Shown piece after piece: positions 16,995 through 26,679 of a DNA stretch of 64,000 nucleotides. Position 1 is the first letter of the stretch, and each line of letters begins with the position of its first letter. Made by a program: the position numbers and the translations under genes. Below the pieces are notes generated by a model. The model searched no databases. It was not told the DNA's origin and saw only the letters and a list, made by a program, of their open reading frames with translations. Source of the stretch: Candidatus Micrarchaeota archaeon (GTDB lineage: Archaea; Micrarchaeota; Micrarchaeia; Norongarragalinales; Norongarragalinaceae); the NCBI GenBank assembly GCA_016207165.1, contig JACQQD010000009.1, forward strand, positions 96,001-160,000. The letters run 5' to 3'.

Positions 16995-18542
16995 ATGTTT
17001 GAAAAACAAATCGACGTCAAGCGGGCGCTCATCAGCGTTTACAACAAGGATGGCGTCGGCGAATTCGCCTCGTTTTTGCACGGCTTGGGCGTGCAAATCA
17101 TTTCCACGGGTGGAACCGCGGCACTCATCAAGAAGCACGGCGTGCCGGTGGTGGACGTATCCGATTACACGGGTTTTCCAGAAATGCTTTCCGGCCGCGT
17201 CAAGACGCTTCACCCCAAGGTGCACGCCGGCATACTGTACCGACGCCAGTTAAGCCAGGACGTTTCCGCCATTGAAAAGCACGGCGTGTCCGGCATTGAC
17301 TTGGTCGTCGTCAACTTGTATCCCTTCCAGGAAACCGTTTCCAAAAAAGGCGTGACGCGCGAGGACGTCATCGAGAACATCGACATCGGCGGCCCCGCGT
17401 TGCTTCGCGCTTCGGCCAAGAACTTTGAGCATGTGGCCGTGGTGTGCGACCCGAACGACTACTCGGCTTTGGAAAAGGAATTGTCGGAGTTCAATGGCCG
17501 CCTTTCGTTTGAAACCAGGGAAAAACTTATGGTCAAGGCCTTTGAGCACACGGCGGCGTATGACGCCGCGATTTGCACGCAATTCCAAAACGAGCAGGAC
17601 GTGGACTTCCCTTCGTCGGCCACTCGTCACCTCAGGAAAGTCGCCGACTTGCGTTACGGAGAGAACCCCCACCAGAAAGCCGCGCTTTACTCCTGGAAGA
17701 CGGGACTGGCCCAAGCGGAACTTTTGTCCGGAAAACCCATGTCGTACAATAATTGGCTTGACGCGTATTCCGCGTACCGCATCGCCCGGGAATTTGAGGA
17801 CCCGGTGGCGGTGGTAGTCAAGCACAACAACCCGTGCGGCGGGGCGCAGGACGAAAACCTCGCGTCGGCCTTGAAAAAAGCGTTGAAGGCGGATCCCGTT
17901 TCGGCATTCGGCGGCGTGTACGCCTTCAATGGCCGCGTGGACGCCGAAACCGCTGAAGTACTCAAGGACTGGTTCGTGGAAGTCATCGTGGCAAAAGACT
18001 TTGACCAAACCGCCTTGGAAATTTTAGTCCAGAAACCCAACCGCCGGCTCTTGGATGCGTCGAATGTCTGGGATGCGCCGCTTCCACGGGAACTGCGCTC
18101 CATTGGGGGCTCGATTTTGTTCCAGGAAACCGATGACCAGCTTTACCAGGAAGTTCGGACGGTGTCCAAACGGCTTCCCAGCGCTTCGGAAAAAGACGAC
18201 TTGGATTTCGCGTGGCGGTTCTGCAAGCACGCCAAATCCAACGCCATCGTTTTTGCGAAAGACCGCCAAATCGTGGGAGTGGGAGCCGGTCAGATGAGCC
18301 GAGTGGATTCGGTAAAAATCGCCGTAATGAAAGCCGGAGAGGCCAAACTGTCCCTGCAAGGCGCCGTGATGGCTTCCGACGCGTTTTTTCCTTTTCCCGA
18401 CGGCATCCAACTGGCGGCCAAGGCCGGCATCACGGCCGTCATGCACCCCGGTGGCTCGCTGAAGGACCAGAACGTCATTGCCGAAGCCGACAAACTGGGC
18501 CTGGCTATGGTGTTCACGGGAATGCGGCACTTCCGCCATTAA
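16995..18542 (+). CDS. purH: bifunctional AICAR transformylase/IMP cyclohydrolase
   Basis: ALISVYNK, GRVKTLHP, IDIGGP, LRYGENPHQ, KHNNPCG, GAGQMSRVDS, SDAFFPF, RHFRH. Confidence 0.97.
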   Translation: MFEKQIDVKRALISVYNKDGVGEFASFLHGLGVQIISTGGTAALIKKHGVPVVDVSDYTGFPEMLSGRVKTLHPKVHAGILYRRQLSQDVSAIEKHGVSGIDLVVVNLYPFQETVSKKGVTREDVIENIDIGGPALLRASAKNFEHVAVVCDPNDYSALEKELSEFNGRLSFETREKLMVKAFEHTAAYDAAICTQFQNEQDVDFPSSATRHLRKVADLRYGENPHQKAALYSWKTGLAQAELLSGKPMSYNNWLDAYSAYRIAREFEDPVAVVVKHNNPCGGAQDENLASALKKALKADPVSAFGGVYAFNGRVDAETAEVLKDWFVEVIVAKDFDQTALEILVQKPNRRLLDASNVWDAPLPRELRSIGGSILFQETDDQLYQEVRTVSKRLPSASEKDDLDFAWRFCKHAKSNAIVFAKDRQIVGVGAGQMSRVDSVKIAVMKAGEAKLSLQGAVMASDAFFPFPDGIQLAAKAGITAVMHPGGSLKDQNVIAEADKLGLAMVFTGMRHFRH

Positions 18543-18624
18543 ACCGGTTTAGAGTTTCGTGGGTTTTCACGGATTGCTATAAAAGGGTTTGCCGCCTTAG
18601 ATACAACTGGGTGGGACGCCTTCC

Positions 18625-20043
18625 GTGTGCGGCATCGTAGGAGTCATCGGCCAGGACAACGTCGCCTTGGACATTTACCAGGGCCTATTGGCCGTTCAGC
18701 ACCGGGGCCAGGATTCCGCGGGAATCGCGTGTTTTGACAAGGTCCGAATTAATTTAAAAAAGGGTTTGGGACTGGTTTCCGAGGTTTTCACCGAGGACAA
18801 CCTCTCGCGTTTAAGTGGGAAAGCGGGTATCGGGCACGTGCGGTATGCCACCGCGGGAAGCACTCCTTTGTTGGACATGTCGCCGTTTGTCGTCGACATT
18901 CCGCACGCCATCGCTTTCGCGCATAACGGCAACACGGTCAATTACCTGGATTGGGAGCAGGTTTTTCGGGAGCGCATCCAGTCGTGCTGTGACTCCGAGA
19001 TTTTGTTGCACTTGTTTTCCGATAAGTTAAGCCAGGACAAGCACTTGGACGTGGCATCCGTTTTTGACGCGGTTTTGTCGTTCATGAAGGACGTCAACGG
19101 CTCGTACTCCATTGTCGCCGTGGTCGAACGACTCGGGCTTTTGGCTTTCCGGGACCCCCACGCCAACCGCCCTTTGGTCATGGGAAAGCGCGGCAACGAC
19201 GTGGCGTTTGCTTCCGAGTCCGCGGCACTGGATGCCATGGGCTTTGAGTTGGTGCGTGATTTGTTGCCCGGCGAAGCCGTGTTCGTGGAACCCGGAGGCA
19301 TCATTCACGAGAAAGTGCTTCTCCCCAAAGCGCCGAGGCACTGCATGTTTGAGTGGGTGTACTTTTCGCGTCCGGACTCCGTTTTGGAGGGTAAAAGCGT
19401 GTACGAAACCCGCATCGCTCTTGGAAAACAATTGGCCAAGGCCATTGAGCGAAGCGATGCGGACTTGGTCATGGCGGTTCCAGACACGTCGCGTCCGGCG
19501 GCCGCCGGATTGGCTGAAGAATTGGGCAAGCCTTTGGCGGAAGGCATGATCAAGAACCGCTACATTGGCCGGACGTTCATCATGCCGACTCAGGAAGGCC
19601 GCGAACGCGCCATGCGCGTGAAGCTCAACACCGTCAAAAGCGTGGTGAAAGGAAAGCACGTGTTGATGGTGGATGACTCCATTGTGCGGGGCACCACGGC
19701 CCGGCGCATCGTCAAACTCGTCAAGAAGGATGCCAAAACCCTGCATTTGGCGTCCACGTGTCCGCCCATCAAGTACCCTTGCTTTTACGGCATTGATTTT
19801 CCGATTCCATCGGAACTGGTGGCCGCCACGGAAAAAGACGAGGATGGCGTCCGAAAGAAGCTGGGCGCCGACGCGTTGACGTACCAGTCCCTGGACGGGC
19901 TGAAAAAAGCGTTGGGCGTGAAAGGACTTTGCACGGCGTGCCTGGATGGGGATTACCCCACGGAGATTCCGGTGGACGTGCGCAAGAAGTTGGAGGCTGT
20001 TCGCGCCAACGAGCGCAAAAAGGTGGGAAGCGCGTATGTCTAA
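18625..20043 (+). CDS. purF: amidophosphoribosyltransferase
   Basis: N-terminal CGIVG (GTG start), QHRGQD, GHVRY, HNGN, VDDSIVRGTT, PCFYGID, CTAC. Confidence 0.97.
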   Translation: MCGIVGVIGQDNVALDIYQGLLAVQHRGQDSAGIACFDKVRINLKKGLGLVSEVFTEDNLSRLSGKAGIGHVRYATAGSTPLLDMSPFVVDIPHAIAFAHNGNTVNYLDWEQVFRERIQSCCDSEILLHLFSDKLSQDKHLDVASVFDAVLSFMKDVNGSYSIVAVVERLGLLAFRDPHANRPLVMGKRGNDVAFASESAALDAMGFELVRDLLPGEAVFVEPGGIIHEKVLLPKAPRHCMFEWVYFSRPDSVLEGKSVYETRIALGKQLAKAIERSDADLVMAVPDTSRPAAAGLAEELGKPLAEGMIKNRYIGRTFIMPTQEGRERAMRVKLNTVKSVVKGKHVLMVDDSIVRGTTARRIVKLVKKDAKTLHLASTCPPIKYPCFYGIDFPIPSELVAATEKDEDGVRKKLGADALTYQSLDGLKKALGVKGLCTACLDGDYPTEIPVDVRKKLEAVRANERKKVGSAYV

Positions 20044-21403
20044 GGTACTGCTTGTGGCCGCCATCGGACGGGGCCACGCGTTGGCTAAAAAATTTCATCA
20101 AAGCGGGGTGGAAGTCTACAGCCTCATTCCGTTTGCCAATCCAGGCATCATTTCCTGTTCCAAAGAGCACCACGTGGTGGACATCACCAATGCACAGACC
20201 GTGGCCAAACACGCCGAACGCATCGACCCGGACTATGTGTGGGTGGCGGGCGACGAATCCATTGCCGCGGGGGTGGCGGACGCCGTTCAGGAAGTGGGTG
20301 TGCCAGCCATTGCTCCGCTTAAGACCGTGGCGAGGCTGGAAAGCGACAAGGCGTTTGCCCGCGAATTCATGAAAGAGTACGTGGGGCATGCCTGTCCGCG
20401 GTTTGAATGCTTTACCGACGCGGAGTCCGCCAAAAACCACATTGACGTCGTTCCATACGATTTCGTCATCAAACCCATGGGGTTGACCGGCGGAAAAGGC
20501 GTGAAAGTCTTGGGCAGCCAACTGAAAGACCGCGAGGAAGCCAAAGCGTACGCCGAGGAGGCCATCGCCGCCGACCGAATCGGAGGAATCGTGATTGAGG
20601 AAAAGCTGGAAGGCGAAGAATTTTCGCTTCAGTGCTTCGTGGACGGCGAGTCTTTTGCGGCCATGCCGTTGTGCCAGGACCACAAGCCCGCATATGACGG
20701 CGATTTGGGGCCCATGACGGGCGGCATGGGCACGTACACGTGCGAGGATGGACGGCTTCCCTTTGTCTCCGATGAGGAGTACGACGCGGCGTTAAACGTA
20801 GTTGAAAAAACGGTGTCCGGCGTGAAAGCAAAGACGGGCGAGGCCTTCAAAGGCGTTTTGTACGCGCAATTCATGTTGACGAGAAACGGGCCGTTTGTCA
20901 TCGAGTACAACGCGCGCCTTGGGGATCCGGAAGCCATGAACGTCTTGCCGCTGATGAAAACCAATTTCCATGACGTGTGCAAAGCCATCGTGGACGTGGA
21001 ACTCGAGCGCTTCAAAGTGGAATTCGAGCCGCAAGCCTCGGTGTGCAAGTACGTGGTGCCGGAAGGCTATCCGGAACGCAAAGACCAATTCGAGTTTTCC
21101 TTGGATGAATCCAAGCTTTCCGACGTGGAGTTGTTCTATTCCGGCGTGGAACAAAAAAACGGAAAACGCTTCACCACCGGCTCGCGGGGATTTGGCTTGA
21201 CCGCCCTGGGAGCCAACGTGGCTGAAGCGTACCAGAAGGCCGAGAACGCCTTAAGCCAATTGGACCTCAAGGGATTCCGCTACCGCAAAGACATTGCGTC
21301 CGAGGCAAGCATTGCGGCCAAGATCCAGCACATGGAATTGATTCGCGGAAGGCCGGCCACCGTGGTTCCAGCCCCTCCGGCGTCCACCATTGAGACGGTG
21401 TAA
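20036..21403 (+). CDS. purD: phosphoribosylamine-glycine ligase
   Basis: LESDKAFA, GLTGGKGV, EEKLEGEEFS, QDHK...GPMTGGMG, EYNARLGDPE, YRKDI. Confidence 0.95.
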   Translation: MSKVLLVAAIGRGHALAKKFHQSGVEVYSLIPFANPGIISCSKEHHVVDITNAQTVAKHAERIDPDYVWVAGDESIAAGVADAVQEVGVPAIAPLKTVARLESDKAFAREFMKEYVGHACPRFECFTDAESAKNHIDVVPYDFVIKPMGLTGGKGVKVLGSQLKDREEAKAYAEEAIAADRIGGIVIEEKLEGEEFSLQCFVDGESFAAMPLCQDHKPAYDGDLGPMTGGMGTYTCEDGRLPFVSDEEYDAALNVVEKTVSGVKAKTGEAFKGVLYAQFMLTRNGPFVIEYNARLGDPEAMNVLPLMKTNFHDVCKAIVDVELERFKVEFEPQASVCKYVVPEGYPERKDQFEFSLDESKLSDVELFYSGVEQKNGKRFTTGSRGFGLTALGANVAEAYQKAENALSQLDLKGFRYRKDIASEASIAAKIQHMELIRGRPATVVPAPPASTIETV

Positions 21404-21416
21404 ACCGATTGGCCTT

Positions 21417-21812
21417 TCACGCTTGGGCGAAGTACTCCTTCATGGGCTCGAAATAGTGGTCCTTCCAACCCGCGTCGTAACTTTTCCCTTGGCCTTTGGG
21501 AATGTTCGTGTGGTCCAAAGTCACTTGGCATCCATTCGCCGTCTTTTTGATCGTGAAGACGAGCTGGGAGTCCGGCGCGTCGTCCGGAAACTCGGAGGTT
21601 CTCCACGTCTGAACGATTTTGTTTCCCGAAACCAGCTCTGTAAAGTTTCCCCAGATGTAGCCGTCCCACGCCGTCATCTTGCCGCCGACTTTCGCGTCGA
21701 TTTTCGCGGTGCCGCCCGTTGACTGGGTGTGGCCGTTGGACGTCATGTACGCGTCGTACCACTGTTTTGGCGAAACGCCTTCAAATTCAACGGTTTGGTG
21801 CACTTCATCCAT
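21417..21812 (-). CDS. SRPBCC/AHSA1-like domain protein
   Basis: VGGKMTAWDG.I.G, KIVQTWR..EFP, GWKDHYFEPMK. Confidence 0.85.
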   Translation of the reverse strand: MDEVHQTVEFEGVSPKQWYDAYMTSNGHTQSTGGTAKIDAKVGGKMTAWDGYIWGNFTELVSGNKIVQTWRTSEFPDDAPDSQLVFTIKKTANGCQVTLDHTNIPKGQGKSYDAGWKDHYFEPMKEYFAQA

Positions 21813-22218
21813 TTTTTTCAGCCTCCGGTTTTTTCCGCCGTCTGGCGTTGACGTTGGTTTCAATCAAGTCCGCAAGCAGGTCAGGGGTGATGCGGCCGTG
21901 CGTCGTGGTTTCCAATGGCGCCAACGTGAGCCAAAGAAATGGGCCTTGTTCTTCCTTTTGTAAATCAACAAGGCCTCCGCTTTTGCCTATTTTCGCTTCA
22001 TAATCTGCCTTGAGGCGGCTTAAGTCAGCGTGAACTTGGTTGCGGTGGCTGACCGTGGAATGCTCTAGAAGCACTCGAACCGGCATGCCGGCTTGGGCGT
22101 TGGCTGATTTGATTAGTCCGTTTGAAGCGTGCTGGCTTAAGAGCCCAATGAGGTCCTCGCGAAAGTTGCTGATGCTGGTTCGCTCCGTCCTGCGGGCACG
22201 GTACGATTTTGGCCTCAT
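21805..22218 (-). CDS. hypothetical protein
   Basis: ORF fills the gap in a co-oriented run; Arg-rich N-terminus; no motif recognised. Confidence 0.5.
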   Translation of the reverse strand: MRPKSYRARRTERTSISNFREDLIGLLSQHASNGLIKSANAQAGMPVRVLLEHSTVSHRNQVHADLSRLKADYEAKIGKSGGLVDLQKEEQGPFLWLTLAPLETTTHGRITPDLLADLIETNVNARRRKKPEAEKNG

Positions 22219-22262
22219 TTTTTTTGTTTCCTCAACTCAGTTTTTTCTTGTCTTGGTTGTTT

Positions 22263-22673
22263 TCAGATTTCACGCCTTAATTGGGTAAGAATCATAGTCC
22301 CGTCTGGATTGTCTTTTCCGGCCAGAATGTAGCCGATGCTGGCGCTTCGATGATACGTTGGCGTGTCCTCCGTTCTGACTGGGCAGACACCAAGCATTTG
22401 CCGGAGGCTTTGGCCCGTGGACGAGAGGTGTCGTATGGCTTTTCGATGCCGACTGAATGCGTTTTCGTGCGCGCTTTGAATGGCATGTACCGCATGTCCA
22501 AGACGCATCTGAATTTCATGTTCAGTAACCTTCTCGTCGTTCACCGGAACGTGCACGAACACACCCGTTTCTTCATTGCCCACGACGTGGGCGCTTAATC
22601 CTTGTTCGCGCACTTCCTGCGCTACTTCTTGCGCAAAATTTCTTGCAGTAAAAAGACGTCGTTCCATGGTCAT
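22263..22673 (-). CDS. hypothetical protein
   Basis: ORF overlaps the purM stop (ATGA); no motif recognised. Confidence 0.55.
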   Translation of the reverse strand: MTMERRLFTARNFAQEVAQEVREQGLSAHVVGNEETGVFVHVPVNDEKVTEHEIQMRLGHAVHAIQSAHENAFSRHRKAIRHLSSTGQSLRQMLGVCPVRTEDTPTYHRSASIGYILAGKDNPDGTMILTQLRREI

Positions 22674-23704
22674 TCTTTTCCGTTGATGTGGACCGCGGGT
22701 GTCTTGGTGACGTGGCCAACGGTCTTGGCTTCCAGCTTGAATTTCTTGGCTTGTTTCAGCACGGCATCCGGTTCATCCGTTACCACGAGAAATCCGTTGC
22801 CCATGTTCCACGCCTTGTAGGCTTCCGATTCGGCAACGCCGCCCATTTCAATCAGGGTCTTCATGGCGTTGCAGGGCTCAAAAAGATCGGAAAGTTCTGC
22901 TCCAAGGCCGCCGGATGGCTTGAGTGCCCGCCCGAGTTTGCCGGGAATTCCTCCGCCGGTGACATGCGCCATGGCGGAGACGTGTGCCGCGGGTTGGCCG
23001 TCCACGCCGCCAAACAGGGACACGGCAAACCGCGTGTACAGCTTGGAGGGTGAAAGGATTTGTTCGGCGAGTTTGCGGTCTTCTTCGTGCCAGTTTTTTC
23101 CAAAGTGTTTTTCCATTATTTTGCGGGCCAAACTCAAGCCGTTCGAGCGGAAGCTGTCTTCTTTCAAGGCGACGATGGCGTGGCCGGCTTTCACGGCTTT
23201 CCCGGAAATGAGGCGCTCTTTTTTTGCAAACCAGGTGCAGGAGCTGGTCCAGTTCAAGCAAAAGGATCCGAATCCGCCGACTTTGGTTCCCAGTTCCGCG
23301 ATTTCGCCGTTGACCACGGCAACGCCGGCTTCAATGGCCGCCGCTTCCAGGCCTTGGGCCAACTGCAAAAGCGGTTTGGATTGGATTTGGTTGACGTCCA
23401 ACACGTTGGTGACGTAAAACGGCTCGCCGCCGCGCACCACGGCGTCGTCGCACACCATGGCCAGCAAGTCAAAGCCGAGGGTGTCGAATTTTCCGAGGCG
23501 TTCGGCGACTTCCGTTTTGGTTCCAACCCCATCGACGTTCTCGCCCATGACGCAGCCCACAGGAGGTTGAACGTAACGGAGGCCTGAAAAGTCGTCGAAA
23601 CCGGTTTGCACGCGGTTTTTCCACGTGCGTTTGGCGGCGGCATAGAAGGCTTTGGAGGCTTGGTCCCCCGCTTCCACGTTCACGCCGGCATCCGAGTATT
23701 TCAT
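22670..23704 (-). CDS. purM: AIR synthase
   Basis: MKYSDAGV, DGVGTK, GEIAEL, RSNGLSL, AHVTGGG, WNMGNG. Confidence 0.94.
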   Translation of the reverse strand: MKYSDAGVNVEAGDQASKAFYAAAKRTWKNRVQTGFDDFSGLRYVQPPVGCVMGENVDGVGTKTEVAERLGKFDTLGFDLLAMVCDDAVVRGGEPFYVTNVLDVNQIQSKPLLQLAQGLEAAAIEAGVAVVNGEIAELGTKVGGFGSFCLNWTSSCTWFAKKERLISGKAVKAGHAIVALKEDSFRSNGLSLARKIMEKHFGKNWHEEDRKLAEQILSPSKLYTRFAVSLFGGVDGQPAAHVSAMAHVTGGGIPGKLGRALKPSGGLGAELSDLFEPCNAMKTLIEMGGVAESEAYKAWNMGNGFLVVTDEPDAVLKQAKKFKLEAKTVGHVTKTPAVHINGKE

Positions 23705-23763
23705 GCCAAATTCCTTAGTCGATTGGATATGTAAATAAAAAGCGTCCAAGGCAATATAAGCGC

Positions 23764-26679
23764 ATGGTGGCGCATCGCATTGAAGTGGCCTACCGGTTGG
23801 ATTCCCGCATCGCCCAGCGCACTGCTGGCTTGAAGGCGTTGGGTTTCAAGGTCGAAAACGTTCGGTTGGTGGACGTGTACACGCTTTCCCGCGACTTTTC
23901 GAGAAAGCAACTGGGGAAAATCGGCTCGATTCTGGCCAACCCCGTTTTTCAGGACTTCACCGTGGACAAGGCCACGCAAACGGATTTTGATTTTGCCGTT
24001 GAAGTCGGTTTTTTGCCGGGAGTGACGGACAACGTGGGCACTACCGCCCAGGAAATGATTGAGGACGCGTTGAAGGCCAAGTTCAAGCCCGGCGAAGCAG
24101 TGCACAGCTCGCAATTGTTCTTGTTTGACGGCGACTCCAAACAGGCCAAGGCTATTGGATTGGAGTTGGCCAATCCGCTCATCCAGCGCATCCACGCCAA
24201 GACGCGGCAAGGGTACGGTCAAGCGGGCATGGACGTGGTGGTGCCGAAAGTCAAACTCGACGAGTTGCTCAAAGCGGAACGCGTTGACTTGGAATTGGAT
24301 GACGAAGCCCTGGCGGAATTGGGCAAGAAAGGCATTTTAGACCCTAAAACAGGGGTGCGCCGCGGGCCCTTGGCGCTGGATTTGCCGTACTTGCATGCCA
24401 TCCGCGATTACTTTCTTAAACAGGGGCGCAAGCCCACGGACGTGGAACTGGAGTCCTTGGCTCAGACGTGGAGCGAGCACTGCAAGCACACCATTTTCGC
24501 GGCCGCCATGGACGACGACGTGCCAGAGGGGTTGTACAAGACGTACATTCAGGGGGCCACCCGCGCCGTGCGGAAAAAGAAGGGAAAAAACGATTTTTGC
24601 GTGTCGGTGTTTTCAGACAACTCCGGCGCCATTGTGTTTGACGAGGAATTTCTCGTCACGCACAAAGTGGAAACCCATAACTCTCCGTCTGCCCTGGATC
24701 CCTTTGGCGGGGCCATTACCGGCATCGTGGGCGTGAACCGGGACACCATTGGCTTTGGTTTGGGCGCCAAGCCGGCCATTAACGTCTACGGTTTTTGTTT
24801 TGGGAATCCGCAATCCAAGCCGCAGCTGTACCGGGGCAAGAACAAGGCCGACCCCGCCATTGCGCCGCGGCGCGTCATGGAAGGCGTGGTGCGGGGCGTG
24901 AACGCGGGAGGCAACCAATCCGGCATTCCCACGCCCCAAGGATTTTGTTATTTTGACGACCGGTACGCCGGAAAGCCGCTGGTGTTCGTTGGAACGGTGG
25001 GCGTCATGCCTTGCAAGATAAACGGCAGGAAGCTCTACGTGAAAAAAGCGGAGCCCGGCGATGTCATCGTCATGGTCGGCGGACGCGTTGGAAAAGACGG
25101 CATTCACGGCGCCACGTTTTCTTCCGAGGCAATGGATTTTGGCAGTCCGGCAACCTCGGTGCAGATTGGCGACCCCATCACCCAGAAAAAGCTTTCCGAT
25201 GCCTTGGTCAAGGAGGCTCGCGACTTGGGGTTGTACCACAGCATCACGGACAACGGAGCAGGCGGCTTATCGTGTTCGGTGGCGGAAATGGCCAAGGAAT
25301 GCAACGGGTGTTTCGTGGAATTGGACAAGGTGCCGTTGAAGTACCCCGGCATGGCTCCGTGGGAAATCTGGATTTCCGAGTCCCAGGAGCGGATGACGGT
25401 CGCGGTGCCACAAGAAAAACTCGAGGCGTTCATGGACTTGATGCAGCGGCGGGGCGTGGAGGCCACCGCCATTGGGTCGTTCACCAATTCCGGGCGGTGC
25501 GTGGTGGCGTACCACGGTGAAACCGTGATGGATGTTGGGTTAGGGTTTTTGCACGATGGATTGCCCAAAAAACACTTGCATTCCACGTTCAAGCCACTCA
25601 AGCACCCCGAGCCCAAGCCTTCAGCGAAAAAGGACTTCGGGAAAACGCTTTTGTCGATGCTCTCGCGCAAGAACATCGCGTCCACGGAATTTGTTTCAAC
25701 CCAGTACGACCACGCCGTTCAAGGAGGTCTTGTGGTTGGACCCCTCCAAGGAAAAGGCCGGGTACAGGGTCAGGCGAGTTTGACGAAAGTGGTGCTGGGC
25801 TCGAAAAAAGCGGTGGCGTTGTCCCAGGCCACTTACCCGCGGTACTCCGACATTGACGCATACCACATGGCCTGCGCGGGCATTGATTCGGCTATTCGGA
25901 ATTTGGTGGCGTTGGGCGCTGACCCCGAAAAAATCGCGTTGCTTGACAACTTCTGCTGGTGTTCGTCAAATGAACCGACTAGGCTTGGGCAACTCAAGCG
26001 CGCGGTGAAGGCCTGTTACGACGCGGCCACCGCGTTTGAAGCGCCGTTCATCTCCGGAAAGGACAGCATGTTCAACGATTTTTTGGGTTTTGACGGAAAA
26101 AACAATCCCGTGAAAATCTCGATTCCCCCGACTCTGCTTGTGTCCTCCATGGCGGTCGTGGATGACGCGGAAAAAGCGGTGACTTTGGACTCCAAAGTGG
26201 ATGGGGATACCGTGTACGTGGTGGGGCCCACGAAAAACGAGACGGGGGGTTCGGAGTACTTTGCGTGGCTGGGCTACTTGGGAAACCGGGTTCCAGAAGT
26301 GGATTTTGCCGCCAACAAGAAGCGTTATGAACGGTTCCATCAAGCCGTCCAAAAAGGCTTGGTCGCTTCGGCGTACCCCTTGGGCTTGGGGGGATTGGGC
26401 GTGGCGTTGGCCAAGACGGCCATCGCCGGAAAGTTGGGTTTGGACCTTGACGTCCAAACAGGCTTGAAACCCGACGAGTGGCTGTTCTCGGAGTCGCAAG
26501 GCCGTTTGCTGGTGACTTTGGACCCCAAAAACGTTGAAGCGTTTGAAAAGATCATGGGTTCCGACGCCGTGAAAATCGGGAAAGTCGGCGGCACGCGGTT
26601 GAGGGTCAACGACTGGCTGGACGTGGGCGTGGACGCGTTGGAGTCCGCGTACAAACAGGTGTTCTCCCATGGTGGATAA
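23764..26679 (+). CDS. purL: FGAM synthase PurL with an N-terminal PurS-like extension
   Basis: LPGVTDNVG, TWSEHCKH, KVETHNSPS, DGIHGATFSS, DNGAGGLS, SESQERM, SGKDSM. Confidence 0.96.
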   Translation: MVAHRIEVAYRLDSRIAQRTAGLKALGFKVENVRLVDVYTLSRDFSRKQLGKIGSILANPVFQDFTVDKATQTDFDFAVEVGFLPGVTDNVGTTAQEMIEDALKAKFKPGEAVHSSQLFLFDGDSKQAKAIGLELANPLIQRIHAKTRQGYGQAGMDVVVPKVKLDELLKAERVDLELDDEALAELGKKGILDPKTGVRRGPLALDLPYLHAIRDYFLKQGRKPTDVELESLAQTWSEHCKHTIFAAAMDDDVPEGLYKTYIQGATRAVRKKKGKNDFCVSVFSDNSGAIVFDEEFLVTHKVETHNSPSALDPFGGAITGIVGVNRDTIGFGLGAKPAINVYGFCFGNPQSKPQLYRGKNKADPAIAPRRVMEGVVRGVNAGGNQSGIPTPQGFCYFDDRYAGKPLVFVGTVGVMPCKINGRKLYVKKAEPGDVIVMVGGRVGKDGIHGATFSSEAMDFGSPATSVQIGDPITQKKLSDALVKEARDLGLYHSITDNGAGGLSCSVAEMAKECNGCFVELDKVPLKYPGMAPWEIWISESQERMTVAVPQEKLEAFMDLMQRRGVEATAIGSFTNSGRCVVAYHGETVMDVGLGFLHDGLPKKHLHSTFKPLKHPEPKPSAKKDFGKTLLSMLSRKNIASTEFVSTQYDHAVQGGLVVGPLQGKGRVQGQASLTKVVLGSKKAVALSQATYPRYSDIDAYHMACAGIDSAIRNLVALGADPEKIALLDNFCWCSSNEPTRLGQLKRAVKACYDAATAFEAPFISGKDSMFNDFLGFDGKNNPVKISIPPTLLVSSMAVVDDAEKAVTLDSKVDGDTVYVVGPTKNETGGSEYFAWLGYLGNRVPEVDFAANKKRYERFHQAVQKGLVASAYPLGLGGLGVALAKTAIAGKLGLDLDVQTGLKPDEWLFSESQGRLLVTLDPKNVEAFEKIMGSDAVKIGKVGGTRLRVNDWLDVGVDALESAYKQVFSHGG

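Noticed and set aside
15232-23763. Shared purine-regulon operator or riboswitch in pur promoters
   Set aside because: Only a short GTTTCGTG match in two of three intergenic regions, and the leaders are too short for a known riboswitch
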